Source: Promethearchaeota archaeon
GTDB lineage: Archaea; Asgardarchaeota; Lokiarchaeia; Sigyniarchaeales; SOKP01
Assembly (NCBI GenBank): GCA_016839705.1
Contig: JAEOTR010000062.1
Location: 38,365-102,364 of the forward strand
Direction of reading: 5' to 3'
Length of the DNA stretch: 64,000 bases
In this document: positions 48,605 to 59,061 of the stretch, one piece after another
Layout: every line of letters begins with the position of its first letter
How positions within the stretch are numbered: the stretch's first letter is position 1
The notes under the pieces: model-generated
The model's database searches: none
What the model was told of the DNA's origin: nothing
Seen by the model: only the letters and a program-made list of their open reading frames with translations
Made by a program: the position numbers and the translations under genes

Positions 48605-50719
48605 ATGAAATCAAAAACAATAGCCCTAATAATTTTAGGAATCACTTTTGCTTTCTTTCCTATTTTTACCATTAAATTTAGTTTTATTAGCGGCAATACC
48701 AACAAAAGTGCGGGCTATAACGATAATAATCATTTAGATAATGATGATTTGAAAATCTCAGCAGTATCGGGAAAAATTCATGTTGATAATAATTGGACAG
48801 ATACTAGGGACGCAGGAATATGCACAGGGAATGGGATTTATTCTGACCCTTATGTCATAGAAGATTTGGTAATAGATGGCGGGGATTCGGGAAGTTGTAT
48901 CTTGATTGAAAATTCGAATGTGTACTTTAAAATAGAAAATTGCACACTCTACAATGCAAGCCAGGATAGTGCGGGAATCAAGCTACAAACAGTGAGTAAT
49001 GGATTATTAATTAATAATAATGCTTCAAATAATAACGACCTTGGAATATCTTTGAATTATAGTGATAATAACATTATCTCGGGAAACGTCGCAAATAACA
49101 ACGGTGGTTTAGGGATACAATTATCTTATAGTAATATTAGCACGGTTTCGGGAAATACCGCAAATAACAATAACTATGGGATAGTTATTACATTTTCGGA
49201 GGGCAATAATATCACAGGAAACATAGTTAATAATAATATTTATGGGATGATTTTAGCTTATGGTAATAATAATATAGTTTCGGAAAACACCGTAAATAAC
49301 AATAACCAATGGGGGATATATTGGGGGGGGGATAGTAATAGCATCATTACGGGAAACACCGCAAATAACAACTTCGTTGGGATATATTTGGAGGGTGGAG
49401 GTAAAAGCATCCTTAGAGAGAATAATGCCCATAACAACGATTTTGGGATATATTTGTTGAATAGTGATAACAATAACCTCATAAAGAATAATTCCACTAA
49501 CAATCACTATGGAATACGTCTTGATTATAGCCATCATAACACAAATACTCAAAATATTATAATAAATAACTCTTGGGGTGGGATTTATTTACAGTATAGC
49601 GATTACAATAAGATTACTCGAAATAATATTTCTCATAATAGAATAGGTATATACCTATTTTACTCTAATTATAATTATGTCATAAATAACGATCTAAACG
49701 CTAATGAAATGGATATACAAGAATATTCCAGTCAAGGCAACATATTCGAAGAAGAGGATATTCAATTGGAACTGGTCATTTCTATTATAATGCTCATCAT
49801 TGCTGTATTGATAATATCTATAATTATTAAAAGAGGATCGCCAAGACATAAAGAAATACTAACATTAATTACTAAGACAGAAAATAATCTAAAACGTTCT
49901 AATAAGTATGTACAGGAAGAGAGGAAATTAATTATAGAAGGAGGAGAAGAAGCAGATTCAATAATAGTTGTAAAAGGTTTAAGAAAATACTTCGGAGATG
50001 TGAAAGCGGTAAATGGTATCTCTCTTGAAGTTCGTGAAGGTGAGCTTTTTGGGCTTTTAGGACCAAATGGTGCCGGAAAGACGACTACGATTAAACTTCT
50101 CCTAAGCATCTTAGAACCAGATGAGGGAGAAATAAAAATATATGGATTAAACCCAGAATATGATGAATTTCAAATTAAATGTCGTGTGGGGTATGTTTCT
50201 GAAGAACCGTTAATGTTTAAGTCATTAACGCTTAAGGATCTATTTGATTTTATCATATCGACTAGGAGATTAGAAAAAGTAACTACTTTAAAACGTATAG
50301 AAGACTATTTAGAGAGCTTTGAAATGACTGGATATTATGATCATTTTATTTCTACTTTATCGCATGGTATTTCACAAAAATTAAAATTAATTGTTGCCAT
50401 GTTGCATGAACCTGATTTACTTATATTGGATGAACCTCTTTCTGGACTTGATCCCAAATCTGTAAAGGTTATAAAAACACTGCTGGAATTACATACTCAG
50501 CGTGGTGGTTCAGTTCTATTTTCAACACATATTATGGAAATAGCGCATCAATTATGCGATAGAATCGGAATTATAAATAAAGGGAAGATGGTTGGAATTG
50601 GGACAATTGAAGAACTCCGTCATCAATCAGAAAGTGTTGGTGAGAGCTTAGAAGATGTGTTTTTGCGTCTTACTGAACAAGATAGTTCCGTAAATGAGAT
50701 TGTGAAAAAATTCCGATAA
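48605..50719 (+). CDS. NosD/PbH1 beta-helix + TM + ABC ATPase fusion
   Basis: N-terminal hydrophobic segment, DPYVIEDL, repeated NNxxGIxLxxSxxNxIxxN, TM helix, GPNGAGKTT, LSHG, LLILDEP, STH; ATG 48605 preferred. Confidence 0.85.
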   Translation: MKSKTIALIILGITFAFFPIFTIKFSFISGNTNKSAGYNDNNHLDNDDLKISAVSGKIHVDNNWTDTRDAGICTGNGIYSDPYVIEDLVIDGGDSGSCILIENSNVYFKIENCTLYNASQDSAGIKLQTVSNGLLINNNASNNNDLGISLNYSDNNIISGNVANNNGGLGIQLSYSNISTVSGNTANNNNYGIVITFSEGNNITGNIVNNNIYGMILAYGNNNIVSENTVNNNNQWGIYWGGDSNSIITGNTANNNFVGIYLEGGGKSILRENNAHNNDFGIYLLNSDNNNLIKNNSTNNHYGIRLDYSHHNTNTQNIIINNSWGGIYLQYSDYNKITRNNISHNRIGIYLFYSNYNYVINNDLNANEMDIQEYSSQGNIFEEEDIQLELVISIIMLIIAVLIISIIIKRGSPRHKEILTLITKTENNLKRSNKYVQEERKLIIEGGEEADSIIVVKGLRKYFGDVKAVNGISLEVREGELFGLLGPNGAGKTTTIKLLLSILEPDEGEIKIYGLNPEYDEFQIKCRVGYVSEEPLMFKSLTLKDLFDFIISTRRLEKVTTLKRIEDYLESFEMTGYYDHFISTLSHGISQKLKLIVAMLHEPDLLILDEPLSGLDPKSVKVIKTLLELHTQRGGSVLFSTHIMEIAHQLCDRIGIINKGKMVGIGTIEELRHQSESVGESLEDVFLRLTEQDSSVNEIVKKFR

Positions 50720-50954
50720 TTTTTAACAATATTACGATAATTTAATTAGATTTAACTCTATTGTATATAATAAATCATTAATCCTTTAATTCTTAGATCA
50801 TTCTCAAATCATCTAATTGTACACTATCTAATACTATAAACAAACAATTTATATTCTAAAGTTAAAAAGTCTATTAACTATCTTTTTTTTTCGTATTATA
50901 ATAAGAACATGAGGAATGAATATTATTTATTTCCAAATAAGCAAGGTTTTTTAA

Positions 50955-52787
50955 TTGTCAAAACGTAAAAACTTTAAACAGTCAAACCAACTTATAGAGT
51001 TTTCTCCAGGTAGAGACTTTTTTGAAACAGCACGGAAAAAAGGAGTGCGAAGCTGGATTCTTTCGCACATTTTTCACAAAACTAATAAGATATTTATTTT
51101 CGTAGTTTTATTTACTACTATCCTTGCTTCAATTTTAGCTTCAGGGATCTCTGTTTTTATTGGTTTTGCTGTTGTGGAATTTCTAAATGCGGATATTGAA
51201 AGTCTTATCTTTTATACAATAACAATTTTGATTCTTGGTTTAATAACTCCCATATTAAGGCTTTTAAATTATAGTTTAAGAGAAGTTCTAGCACAAAGAC
51301 TTGAACGAGATACAAGAAAAGAATTCTATGGAATTTTATTAGGTAAAAGTCAATCTTTTCATGATAAACAACAAATTGGAGATCTGATGGCGAGAGCAAC
51401 TGATGATGTAAGAACTCTAAATTTTCTTATAAGTCCTGCTGTATCTCTTATTTTTGAATCATTCACAACGCTTATAATCCCAATTATTTTTATTTTACTT
51501 TTTTATCCTGTCCAATTAATTTTTGAGCCACTAATTTTTATAATATTGTTTCTCATCTCATTGAGAAATTACACTAAAAAATTAGCACCTGTGACAGGAA
51601 ATTTGAGAATGAATTTCGGCATGATTAATGCCATGTTAAATGAGGCTCTTTCTGGTATTGAAGTAGTGAAGACTTCAACTCAGGAAGCATATGAGCTTAA
51701 AAAGTATTTAACTTACGCTAAAAAATATAGGGATGCTGCCTTAGCTCAAGGAAAAATTCAAGCTAAATATATGCCAATTTTATTCTTAGGTTTAACTATA
51801 ACCGTAGGTTTAGCACATTCACTTTTCTTATTTAATTTAGGTATTATGAATATTGGACAAGTTATTTCCTATATTGGTTTATTAGATCTATTATTCTTCT
51901 CAACCTTTATTTCTATTTTTGTTTTTGCTCTTTTAAAACTAGCAGGAAGTAGCGCCAAACGATTACTTGAGCTTATGAATCTTAAAACAGAAATAGATGA
52001 AAATCCTAATGGAATCCAGAAAGAAATACATGGTGCCATCAAATTTGAAAAGGTATCCTTCAGATATCCTGGAACAACAAATTTCGTTTTAAAAGATCTT
52101 ACCTTTGAAGTTAAACCCGGTCAAACCGTAGCTATTGTAGGAACTACGGGTTCAGGGAAAACAACATTAACCAAGCTGATTTCAAGATTATATGATGTTT
52201 CTGGAGGAAAGATCCTTATTGATGACCAAGATATCCGGGATTTTGCATTGAAGTCGCTTAGAGCTCAGATCTCGTATATTGAACAGGATGTATTCTTATT
52301 TTCCTTTTCGATTTTTGATAATATCACTTTTGGAAGAATAGGTTCCAAAGAAAAAGTAGTCGAAGCAGCAAAGCAAGCACAAGCCCACGATTTCATAACT
52401 GCATTATATAATGGTTATGATTCTAAAATTGGAGAGAGGGGGGCCCTACTGAGTGGAGGTGAAAGACAGAGAATAGCAATTGCCCGAGCATTCCTCGCTG
52501 ATCCGAAAATACTTATATTAGATGACTCTACTTCTGCTATTGATTCAAACACCGAAGATAAAATACAATACGCAATTAAAAATATTTTGAGGAATCGAAC
52601 TACGTTTTTAATTACTCATAGATTAAGTCAAATCAGATGGGCAGATTTGATTCTGGTGTTAAAAGATGGGAAGATCGAAGCTAAGGGAAATCATAATACA
52701 CTTCTTAGAACATCGGAAGAATATCGAAAAATATTTGTTAAGAAGTTTGACCTTGATGAACAAGAATTAATAAAAGGAGTGGTATAA
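50955..52787 (+). CDS. Heterodimeric ABC exporter subunit (degenerate Walker B)
   Basis: TMD+NBD; GTTGSGKT, LSGGERQR, ILDDSTS. Confidence 0.93.
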   Translation: MSKRKNFKQSNQLIEFSPGRDFFETARKKGVRSWILSHIFHKTNKIFIFVVLFTTILASILASGISVFIGFAVVEFLNADIESLIFYTITILILGLITPILRLLNYSLREVLAQRLERDTRKEFYGILLGKSQSFHDKQQIGDLMARATDDVRTLNFLISPAVSLIFESFTTLIIPIIFILLFYPVQLIFEPLIFIILFLISLRNYTKKLAPVTGNLRMNFGMINAMLNEALSGIEVVKTSTQEAYELKKYLTYAKKYRDAALAQGKIQAKYMPILFLGLTITVGLAHSLFLFNLGIMNIGQVISYIGLLDLLFFSTFISIFVFALLKLAGSSAKRLLELMNLKTEIDENPNGIQKEIHGAIKFEKVSFRYPGTTNFVLKDLTFEVKPGQTVAIVGTTGSGKTTLTKLISRLYDVSGGKILIDDQDIRDFALKSLRAQISYIEQDVFLFSFSIFDNITFGRIGSKEKVVEAAKQAQAHDFITALYNGYDSKIGERGALLSGGERQRIAIARAFLADPKILILDDSTSAIDSNTEDKIQYAIKNILRNRTTFLITHRLSQIRWADLILVLKDGKIEAKGNHNTLLRTSEEYRKIFVKKFDLDEQELIKGVV

Positions 52788-52788
52788 A

Positions 52789-54600
52789 ATGGCATGGGTA
52801 GGACTTGAAGCCGAAGAGTACGATCGGGAGATCAAAGATAGCATATTGTTAAAACGAATTTTCGAATATTTCAGACCTTATAAGAAATACATGACAATTG
52901 TAATTCTCCTCCTCATTCTGTCTTCTCTATCAAATTCATTCGTTCCATTATTTACTTCCATCGCGATCAACATTCTTGCCGTTAGTCCAAATATGTTGAA
53001 TTTTATACTCATAATTGGATTGATATTTTTGCTAAATATACTAGCATATGTTTTTAATTACTATAGGTACATAAACTCAGCTAAAGCAATAGCAAACGTA
53101 GAATTAGATTTAAGGAAGGATGCCACTGAATCAGTTTTAAAACATGATCTATCGTTTTTCGATAAAAATCCTGTAGGAAAGATTGTTAGCCGAATTAATA
53201 CTGACAGTCGTGATTTTGCCCAAACCGTTGATTTAACAATAGAAGTGGTATCGAACTTTATTGTTATGATTATTATAATAATATTATTGTTGTTAATCAA
53301 TGTCATGCTAACGCTCGGAATATTAATTATGATACCAATTTTTTTCATCATTGCTTTATCTTACAGAAAATTAGCAAGGAAAATGACGCTTTTAGGACAA
53401 CGATCTTTAGCCTCTGTTAATGCTTTTGTTAAAGAGAGCTTTTCAGGTATTCAAATCGCAAAAACATTTAGACAAGAGTCTAAATTATATTATGAGTTCG
53501 AGATGGTTAATAATCAATCATACAAAGTAAATTTAAAGAGAGCACTTATTCTAAATGCAATTTTCCCCACGTTATCGATCATCCAAGGAGTTATTTTAGC
53601 TATCTTAGTTTATTATGGAGGTAATTTTTTAATTTTAGGAACGTTTAATGCAGGAGAATTTAATTTTTTCTTCCAAAGTTTGACTCTGCTTTTTTTTCCT
53701 TTACTCACGATCGCCTCATTTTGGCCCCAATTTCAATCTGGTTTGTCAGCGTCTGAGAGAATTTTTGCAATAATAGATAACCTCCCCCTTGTTATTCAAA
53801 CTGATAATATAGAACCGTCAAAATTGCAAGGGGAGATTGAATTTAAGAATTTAGTATTTTGTTATGATGAGAATAAAAAAGTTTTTGACAATTTTTCTCT
53901 AAAGATACAACCTGGAGAATCTGTTGCCTTAGTTGGTCATACAGGTGCAGGAAAGTCTAGTATTGCTAAACTTATAGCTCGATTTTACGAATTCCAAGAA
54001 GGGGATATCATGATTGATGGAATAAGTATTCGAAATTATGACTTAAAAAGATACCGAGGGCAAATTGGACTTATCCCGCAAATCCCCTTTTTATGGTCAG
54101 ACACCGTTGAGAATAATATCAATTATGGGTGTAAAGATGTTAGTTGCGATGATGTTACTGTTGCCCTAGAAAGAACAGGAGGTTCTGACTGGGTTCAAAA
54201 ATTGCCTAATGGGCTTCAAACAAATGTTGGAGAAAGAGGAGTATTTCTTTCTACAGGTCAGAGACAGCTTGTTGTTTTTGCCCGTGTTTTACTACAAGAT
54301 CCATCCATTCTTATATTAGATGAAGCCACTGCATCAATTGATCCCTTTACTGAAACCCGAATACAAGAAGCAATGGAAAAAACCATGCAAGGCCGTACTT
54401 CAATTATTATAGCTCACCGATTATGGACTGTAAGGCATGTAGATCGAATCGTAGTTATTGATCATGGAAAAATAGTAGAACAAGGAAGCCATAATGTCCT
54501 AATGAAGCAAGGAGGGACATATGCTGAACTTTATGATACTTACTTTAGACATCAATCTCTTAAATACGTAGAAGAAATGGGTAATTTCGGTGAGATATAA
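52789..54600 (+). CDS. Heterodimeric ABC exporter subunit
   Basis: TMD+NBD; GHTGAGKS, LSTGQRQ, ILDEATA, AHRL. Confidence 0.93.
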   Translation: MAWVGLEAEEYDREIKDSILLKRIFEYFRPYKKYMTIVILLLILSSLSNSFVPLFTSIAINILAVSPNMLNFILIIGLIFLLNILAYVFNYYRYINSAKAIANVELDLRKDATESVLKHDLSFFDKNPVGKIVSRINTDSRDFAQTVDLTIEVVSNFIVMIIIIILLLLINVMLTLGILIMIPIFFIIALSYRKLARKMTLLGQRSLASVNAFVKESFSGIQIAKTFRQESKLYYEFEMVNNQSYKVNLKRALILNAIFPTLSIIQGVILAILVYYGGNFLILGTFNAGEFNFFFQSLTLLFFPLLTIASFWPQFQSGLSASERIFAIIDNLPLVIQTDNIEPSKLQGEIEFKNLVFCYDENKKVFDNFSLKIQPGESVALVGHTGAGKSSIAKLIARFYEFQEGDIMIDGISIRNYDLKRYRGQIGLIPQIPFLWSDTVENNINYGCKDVSCDDVTVALERTGGSDWVQKLPNGLQTNVGERGVFLSTGQRQLVVFARVLLQDPSILILDEATASIDPFTETRIQEAMEKTMQGRTSIIIAHRLWTVRHVDRIVVIDHGKIVEQGSHNVLMKQGGTYAELYDTYFRHQSLKYVEEMGNFGEI

Positions 54601-54745
54601 CATAGGAACTATTTAATTTAAAGAATTTGTTATATTCTAATACTTTATAAGTTGGCAAAAAACGGAATGGATTATTCTAAACCTATTTCTGTATTCTCGT
54701 TTTTTAACAAAAAAATCTAATTATCAATACTTCACGGTCTATTTT

Positions 54746-55132
54746 CTAATCATCATTTTGAAATATTTTTGATATTTCTCGACACGCACGCTCACATTCA
54801 AAAAAGATAAGCCCTAACTTGGTATTCTCCGTAGTAGAAACAGCCAACAGCGCGGGTTCCGCTTCAAAAACTAATAAATACCCCTTAACTCCCTTAATAA
54901 ATAACTGTGTAAATTCACCAATCTTCATGTCCATCACTGCTTTTTCAGATAAGGAAAGCAATGTGGCAACTATCGCAGAAATTATGTTTTCATTGGATCC
55001 TCGTGGGATAATTGAAACAATAGGAAGGCCTTCAAGAGACGAAATTGTCGCTATGATTATACTCGGATTATTTGATAATAATCTTCTTAGAATCAATTCT
55101 AATTTCTCTCGGAAATCTTTTTCTTCAAGCAT
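54746..55132 (-). CDS. Roadblock/LC7 (MglB-like) protein
   Basis: ATISSLEGLPIVS...ISAIVATLLSLSEKA...QLFIKGVKGYL...KLGLIFFE. Confidence 0.9.
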   Translation of the reverse strand: MLEEKDFREKLELILRRLLSNNPSIIIATISSLEGLPIVSIIPRGSNENIISAIVATLLSLSEKAVMDMKIGEFTQLFIKGVKGYLLVFEAEPALLAVSTTENTKLGLIFFECERACREISKIFQNDD

Positions 55133-55172
55133 TTTTCTTTATAATATTTTTTTGAAACCTATACGTTGTATT

Positions 55173-55385
55173 TTAATCTATTCCCAAATCATGTGAATTA
55201 CTTTTTCTATGAATTCTTTTAGCTATACTATTTAATTTAGCTATTTGCTTACGATCTATAGGTATATCCTCAGATGGACTAATTATCTTAAACGATTTTA
55301 TTAAATCTTGACAAAGATCTAACAGAAAGTCAATATCCTCTAAAACATTAGTACCTTTATCTTCGAGAATGCTCATTTTTACCAT
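55173..55385 (-). CDS. Small hypothetical protein
   Basis: 70-aa ORF 40 bp upstream of the roadblock gene, same strand. Confidence 0.55.
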   Translation of the reverse strand: MVKMSILEDKGTNVLEDIDFLLDLCQDLIKSFKIISPSEDIPIDRKQIAKLNSIAKRIHRKSNSHDLGID

Positions 55386-55402
55386 CTTGGATTAAAATTA
55401 AT

Positions 55403-55529
55403 TTGTATATTAAAGTATACTCACTTGTATATCAATTGTATATTTATATATTTAAATCTTTGTGTTTCAGTATCATTTATATGTATATCCCCCCATATTT
55501 AAATATGATAATATACAAATAATATACAG
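55403..55529. promoter_or_regulatory. Phased TTGTATAT boxes in a divergent promoter
   Basis: TTGTATAT at 55403, 55425 and 55436 (degenerate copy at 55413); inverted ATATACA at 55511 and 55522. Confidence 0.5.
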
Positions 55530-55676
55530 GCTAAAAAAAAAAGAAAATATCATTATTATTAAGATGCAATTATAATGAAAAAAGAGATTGATACTCACAA
55601 TTTTATTTATTATTCGAGACGATTCAGTGAGGAAAACTAAAGATAAGGGTGAGAAATAATCACATTAAATTCTGAA

Positions 55677-56501
55677 ATGGGATTCAGTAATAAAGATCGG
55701 ATATTGGATCTTCTTAAAACTAATTCGTTAACCAGCAATAAAATCGCAGATAAACTCCATCTAAGTAAACAAGATACCCGTACTTATCTTCTACGACTTA
55801 AAAAAGAAGACAAAATTAAAACTCTTGGAAAAAGAGGAAGGCAATATATCTATACTTATAAAGCTTATGAAGCTCCATCTGATACGGAAAAACCTCATAT
55901 TGATACGAATATTCTTGTTGGAGTTTTAAGAGATTATCTTGAATCTGAACCAAGTTTTAAAAAGGAAGTTAATAAGAAGATTGCTGAACTCGAAGCGAAA
56001 CTCAACGCCATAGCTTCCAAAACAAACGAAAATTATAATGAAATAGAAGAAGAGCTTGAAAGGTTACAATATATTGAACCCACTGATAAACGTAGCCTAA
56101 GATCCCCAGAATTCTTATCCCAACAAATGTTTGAATCCCCTGTTTTAGAAAATCTTGACAAAATCCTAGTGAAATTAATAGCTACCATTTCGGAAGTAGA
56201 TGCTGCAACCATTGTTTCTATTGAAGGGGAAATATTAGCTTCGGCTCTTCCTCAGGACGTTGATGAGACAACAATTGCCGTAATGACCGCTGCACTTCTT
56301 TCATTAGCCGAAAGCGCCATAACTAAGATAAAAAGTGGTGAATTTGAACAATTGTTTATTCAGGGGAAACAAGGATACCTTCTTGTTCTCCCCGCAGGAC
56401 CCAATGCAGTATTAACTGTCTCTACATCGAGAAAAGTAAAACTTGGATTAATATATAACGACTGTAAACAGTTTTCTGAACAGATCGCAAAGTTAATCTA
56501 A
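55677..56501 (+). CDS. Winged-HTH + coiled coil + roadblock/LC7 fusion protein
   Basis: RILDLLKTNSLTSNKIADKLHLSKQDTRTYLLRLKKEDKI; C-terminal AATIVSIEGEILASALP...QLFIQGKQGY...KLGLI. Confidence 0.85.
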   Translation: MGFSNKDRILDLLKTNSLTSNKIADKLHLSKQDTRTYLLRLKKEDKIKTLGKRGRQYIYTYKAYEAPSDTEKPHIDTNILVGVLRDYLESEPSFKKEVNKKIAELEAKLNAIASKTNENYNEIEEELERLQYIEPTDKRSLRSPEFLSQQMFESPVLENLDKILVKLIATISEVDAATIVSIEGEILASALPQDVDETTIAVMTAALLSLAESAITKIKSGEFEQLFIQGKQGYLLVLPAGPNAVLTVSTSRKVKLGLIYNDCKQFSEQIAKLI

Positions 56502-56630
56502 TTAACCTTAAGTTAGTTCAAACTTATACTCCCTAAAATTTCAAATTACGCTTGAATAACAATATTCACATTTGATTGTTAAAATATTTGTCTATTAACC
56601 ATCTAGAAACAATTTAACTGAAAGAATTTG

Positions 56631-57179
56631 TTATACTCTAATACTTGGAATTTCGGTTTTCGTAAGCGTCATTCTATCTATCATTAATCGTGTTAATATT
56701 GAGAATGCTTCTTGAACATTTTCACTTGTTTTACTCGAACATTCCATAAAATCATTCAGATCCATCAATTTAGCGAATTTCCTCCCTTCTTTCCAAGGGA
56801 TTTCTCTTATATAATCTAAATCAGATTTACCCCCAAGTAAGATAATAGGAAATTTTTGACCCGTTCTTTGTATTAATGATAACCACTTACTTATATGAGA
56901 AAAAGAAGAATACTCTGATATATCATACATTAAAAATCCCCCCATCGCACCATAAATATATTGGGGAAACATAAAACGAAACCGTTTCTCCCCCGCAAAA
57001 TCCCAGATCATTAATTTTACTTCTTTTCCATCAACATCTATATTTTTAGTCTCGAAATCGACCCCAATCGTCCTACGAGAATCGGATTCAAACACATTGG
57101 TCATAAATCTCTTTCTTAAGGTCGTTTTTCCGCAACTACGCTCACCGAAAATAACAACTTTGAATATAAATTCATACAT
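56631..57179 (-). CDS. Rab-like small GTPase
   Basis: GERSCGKT, TIGVDF, WDFAGEKRF, GGKSD, ECSSK. Confidence 0.92.
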   Translation of the reverse strand: MYEFIFKVVIFGERSCGKTTLRKRFMTNVFESDSRRTIGVDFETKNIDVDGKEVKLMIWDFAGEKRFRFMFPQYIYGAMGGFLMYDISEYSSFSHISKWLSLIQRTGQKFPIILLGGKSDLDYIREIPWKEGRKFAKLMDLNDFMECSSKTSENVQEAFSILTRLMIDRMTLTKTEIPSIRV

Positions 57180-57222
57180 TTTAATCGTCTTTAGTTCTAA
57201 AGAGCTACCTTCTAGATTGATT

Positions 57223-57711
57223 TCAAAAATTTATTAATTCTATTACACATGTAGCCGTAAATGTGATCCTGTCAAATATTTTACCTTTAATCGTCATCTC
57301 ACAGAATTGAGAAGGCTCAACAAGACTATCTATCACTTCGGATCTATCAAACTTAACCATTAAATCAGGAATATCATTATTATCTCTATCACCAATATTG
57401 AATGGCTTTATTTCAGGAGATAAAAATTCATTTAATTTGATTTCCTCAAGGTTAATATCATGCAGATCATATTCTTTAGGTAATTCAATATAAGCTGTGA
57501 TCCATTTTCCTTTACTCTTTAGATTCAATTTGACAGGATGAATATCACAAATAGCTAATATAGTCTCTTTTTTATCCTTACCCTTTTTTGTCCCTTCCTC
57601 ATTAATATCCATTGGAATTGATCCATCAGCTAAAACTAAGGTTAACCCCGGAATGAAAACAAACCCTAAACATAATATAACTGCCCACAACCCTTTTCTA
57701 AAATTTTTCAT
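57223..57711 (-). CDS. Secreted protein with Ig-like/Ca-binding-type domain
   Basis: Signal peptide; PVKLNLKSKGKWITAYIELP...GDRDNNDIPDLMVKFDR. Confidence 0.7.
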   Translation of the reverse strand: MKNFRKGLWAVILCLGFVFIPGLTLVLADGSIPMDINEEGTKKGKDKKETILAICDIHPVKLNLKSKGKWITAYIELPKEYDLHDINLEEIKLNEFLSPEIKPFNIGDRDNNDIPDLMVKFDRSEVIDSLVEPSQFCEMTIKGKIFDRITFTATCVIELINF

Positions 57712-58194
57712 GACAACGCCAAATTTGTATAAATTTGATACAAGATATTAAATAAAAACATTAATATTTAAATGTATTGTGATAAATTAACCAGATTGTC
57801 CCATTTTTCGCGGAAATTAATGGAAAATGATATCTTTATGAAACTCTTAGATTATTTTCCTTTTTATCCCATGAATTGAAGGAAAACTTATTTTTGAAGA
57901 ATAGAAAGGATTTACGGGTAAATAAACTATGTGGACACAGTGACGATTGAAAAATGTCTCAGATTGAAATTCTAAATAATCAACTAGCGTTATAAGATGG
58001 CAAAAAACAGAATCGATTCTTCTAAATTTGAATGAGGATGACTTGATAAAATGCATTCTCATGCATAATTTTAATGGTATTAAAAATCTATCACAATTTT
58101 AATGAAATCCTTTTAAATTAAAATAGGAAATTTTAAGATATCAAAATTTATTTGTAGACTGATTATATAGAAATTAAAAAACAAAGAAATTACT

Positions 58195-58368
58195 ATGGAA
58201 AAAAAGAATCTAAATAAATCTAAAAAGAAAGATGGATTAAACAACGACCAAGACTCTTATAATGACAATGGTGACGATTACGATAATGAAGAATATAATG
58301 ATGGAAATTGGTATGATGAAGAGGAAGATGATGTCGAAGATGATGATAGATATCATTCCCACGATTAG
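58195..58368 (+). CDS. 57-aa microprotein with basic N-terminus and acidic Tyr/Trp tail
   Basis: MEKKNLNKSKKKDGLNNDQDSYNDNGDDYDNEEYNDGNWYDEEEDDVEDDDRYHSHD; below ORF-track cutoff. Confidence 0.6.
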   Translation: MEKKNLNKSKKKDGLNNDQDSYNDNGDDYDNEEYNDGNWYDEEEDDVEDDDRYHSHD

Positions 58369-58426
58369 TTTTTGTTAAAATATCATCAATTTACTACATT
58401 GAACGAAACTTTGTAAAAAAATATCT

Positions 58427-58726
58427 TCAGTCTTTTAATTTTGCAGCTTCAATTAACCTAAACAAATCCCTTGCGAGTTTTTTTATAATCGGAACATGGC
58501 CTTCCATTAGAATTTGATGCTCCATTATGATTGTTGGCGGGATTAATTCACCATACTCTTTTTTGGTATCACTCGAATACACATCTTCGTAGCTCACTTC
58601 GATTTTTTTTTCAAATTCTGGTATCGATGCAAACATGCGCTCAATAATGTTCACAGTTTTGCAACATTTCGCACAATAGTTTTCTTCTTCACTTTTTAAT
58701 AAAACATGCATTACTAGCTTTGACAT
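58427..58726 (-). CDS. Small thioredoxin-fold protein
   Basis: CAKCC, IPPTI, EGHVP. Confidence 0.65.
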   Translation of the reverse strand: MSKLVMHVLLKSEEENYCAKCCKTVNIIERMFASIPEFEKKIEVSYEDVYSSDTKKEYGELIPPTIIMEHQILMEGHVPIIKKLARDLFRLIEAAKLKD

Positions 58727-59061
58727 TATATATAACTAAGTCTCAATTATTTCCTTTTCACTTATGTTATTAAAGATTTTATCTAATAAATGATTTCTGT
58801 AAGAAAAGATCTATACAAATATATTTCAAGTTGAATGTTCAATTCTTATGAAAGAAGTCTTATTTATACCTGAATATTCAATTTTAAACTATTATCTTTC
58901 AAATAATCAAATAAGTTAAAACCTAAGTGACTTTTTGGGCATTTTGATAAAATTGACGAAGTCCTTTGAATTATTAATAATAAATTTAATAATTATAATG
59001 GTATAAAAATTCTAAGAACTTTTTTTTATAGAAAGGAATTCATTTGGATTAAGAAAAAACT

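Noticed and set aside
49000-49700. aataat/aataac-rich repetitive DNA
   Set aside because: Explained by Asn-rich PbH1 repeats of the NosD-like domain
50955-54600. Degenerate ABC motifs as a novelty
   Set aside because: Asymmetric ATP sites are standard for heterodimeric exporters
57847-58062. 71-aa minus-strand ORF (also 18122-18367 and 48511-48705)
   Set aside because: No RBS or motif and atypical composition; probably spurious in AT-rich DNA
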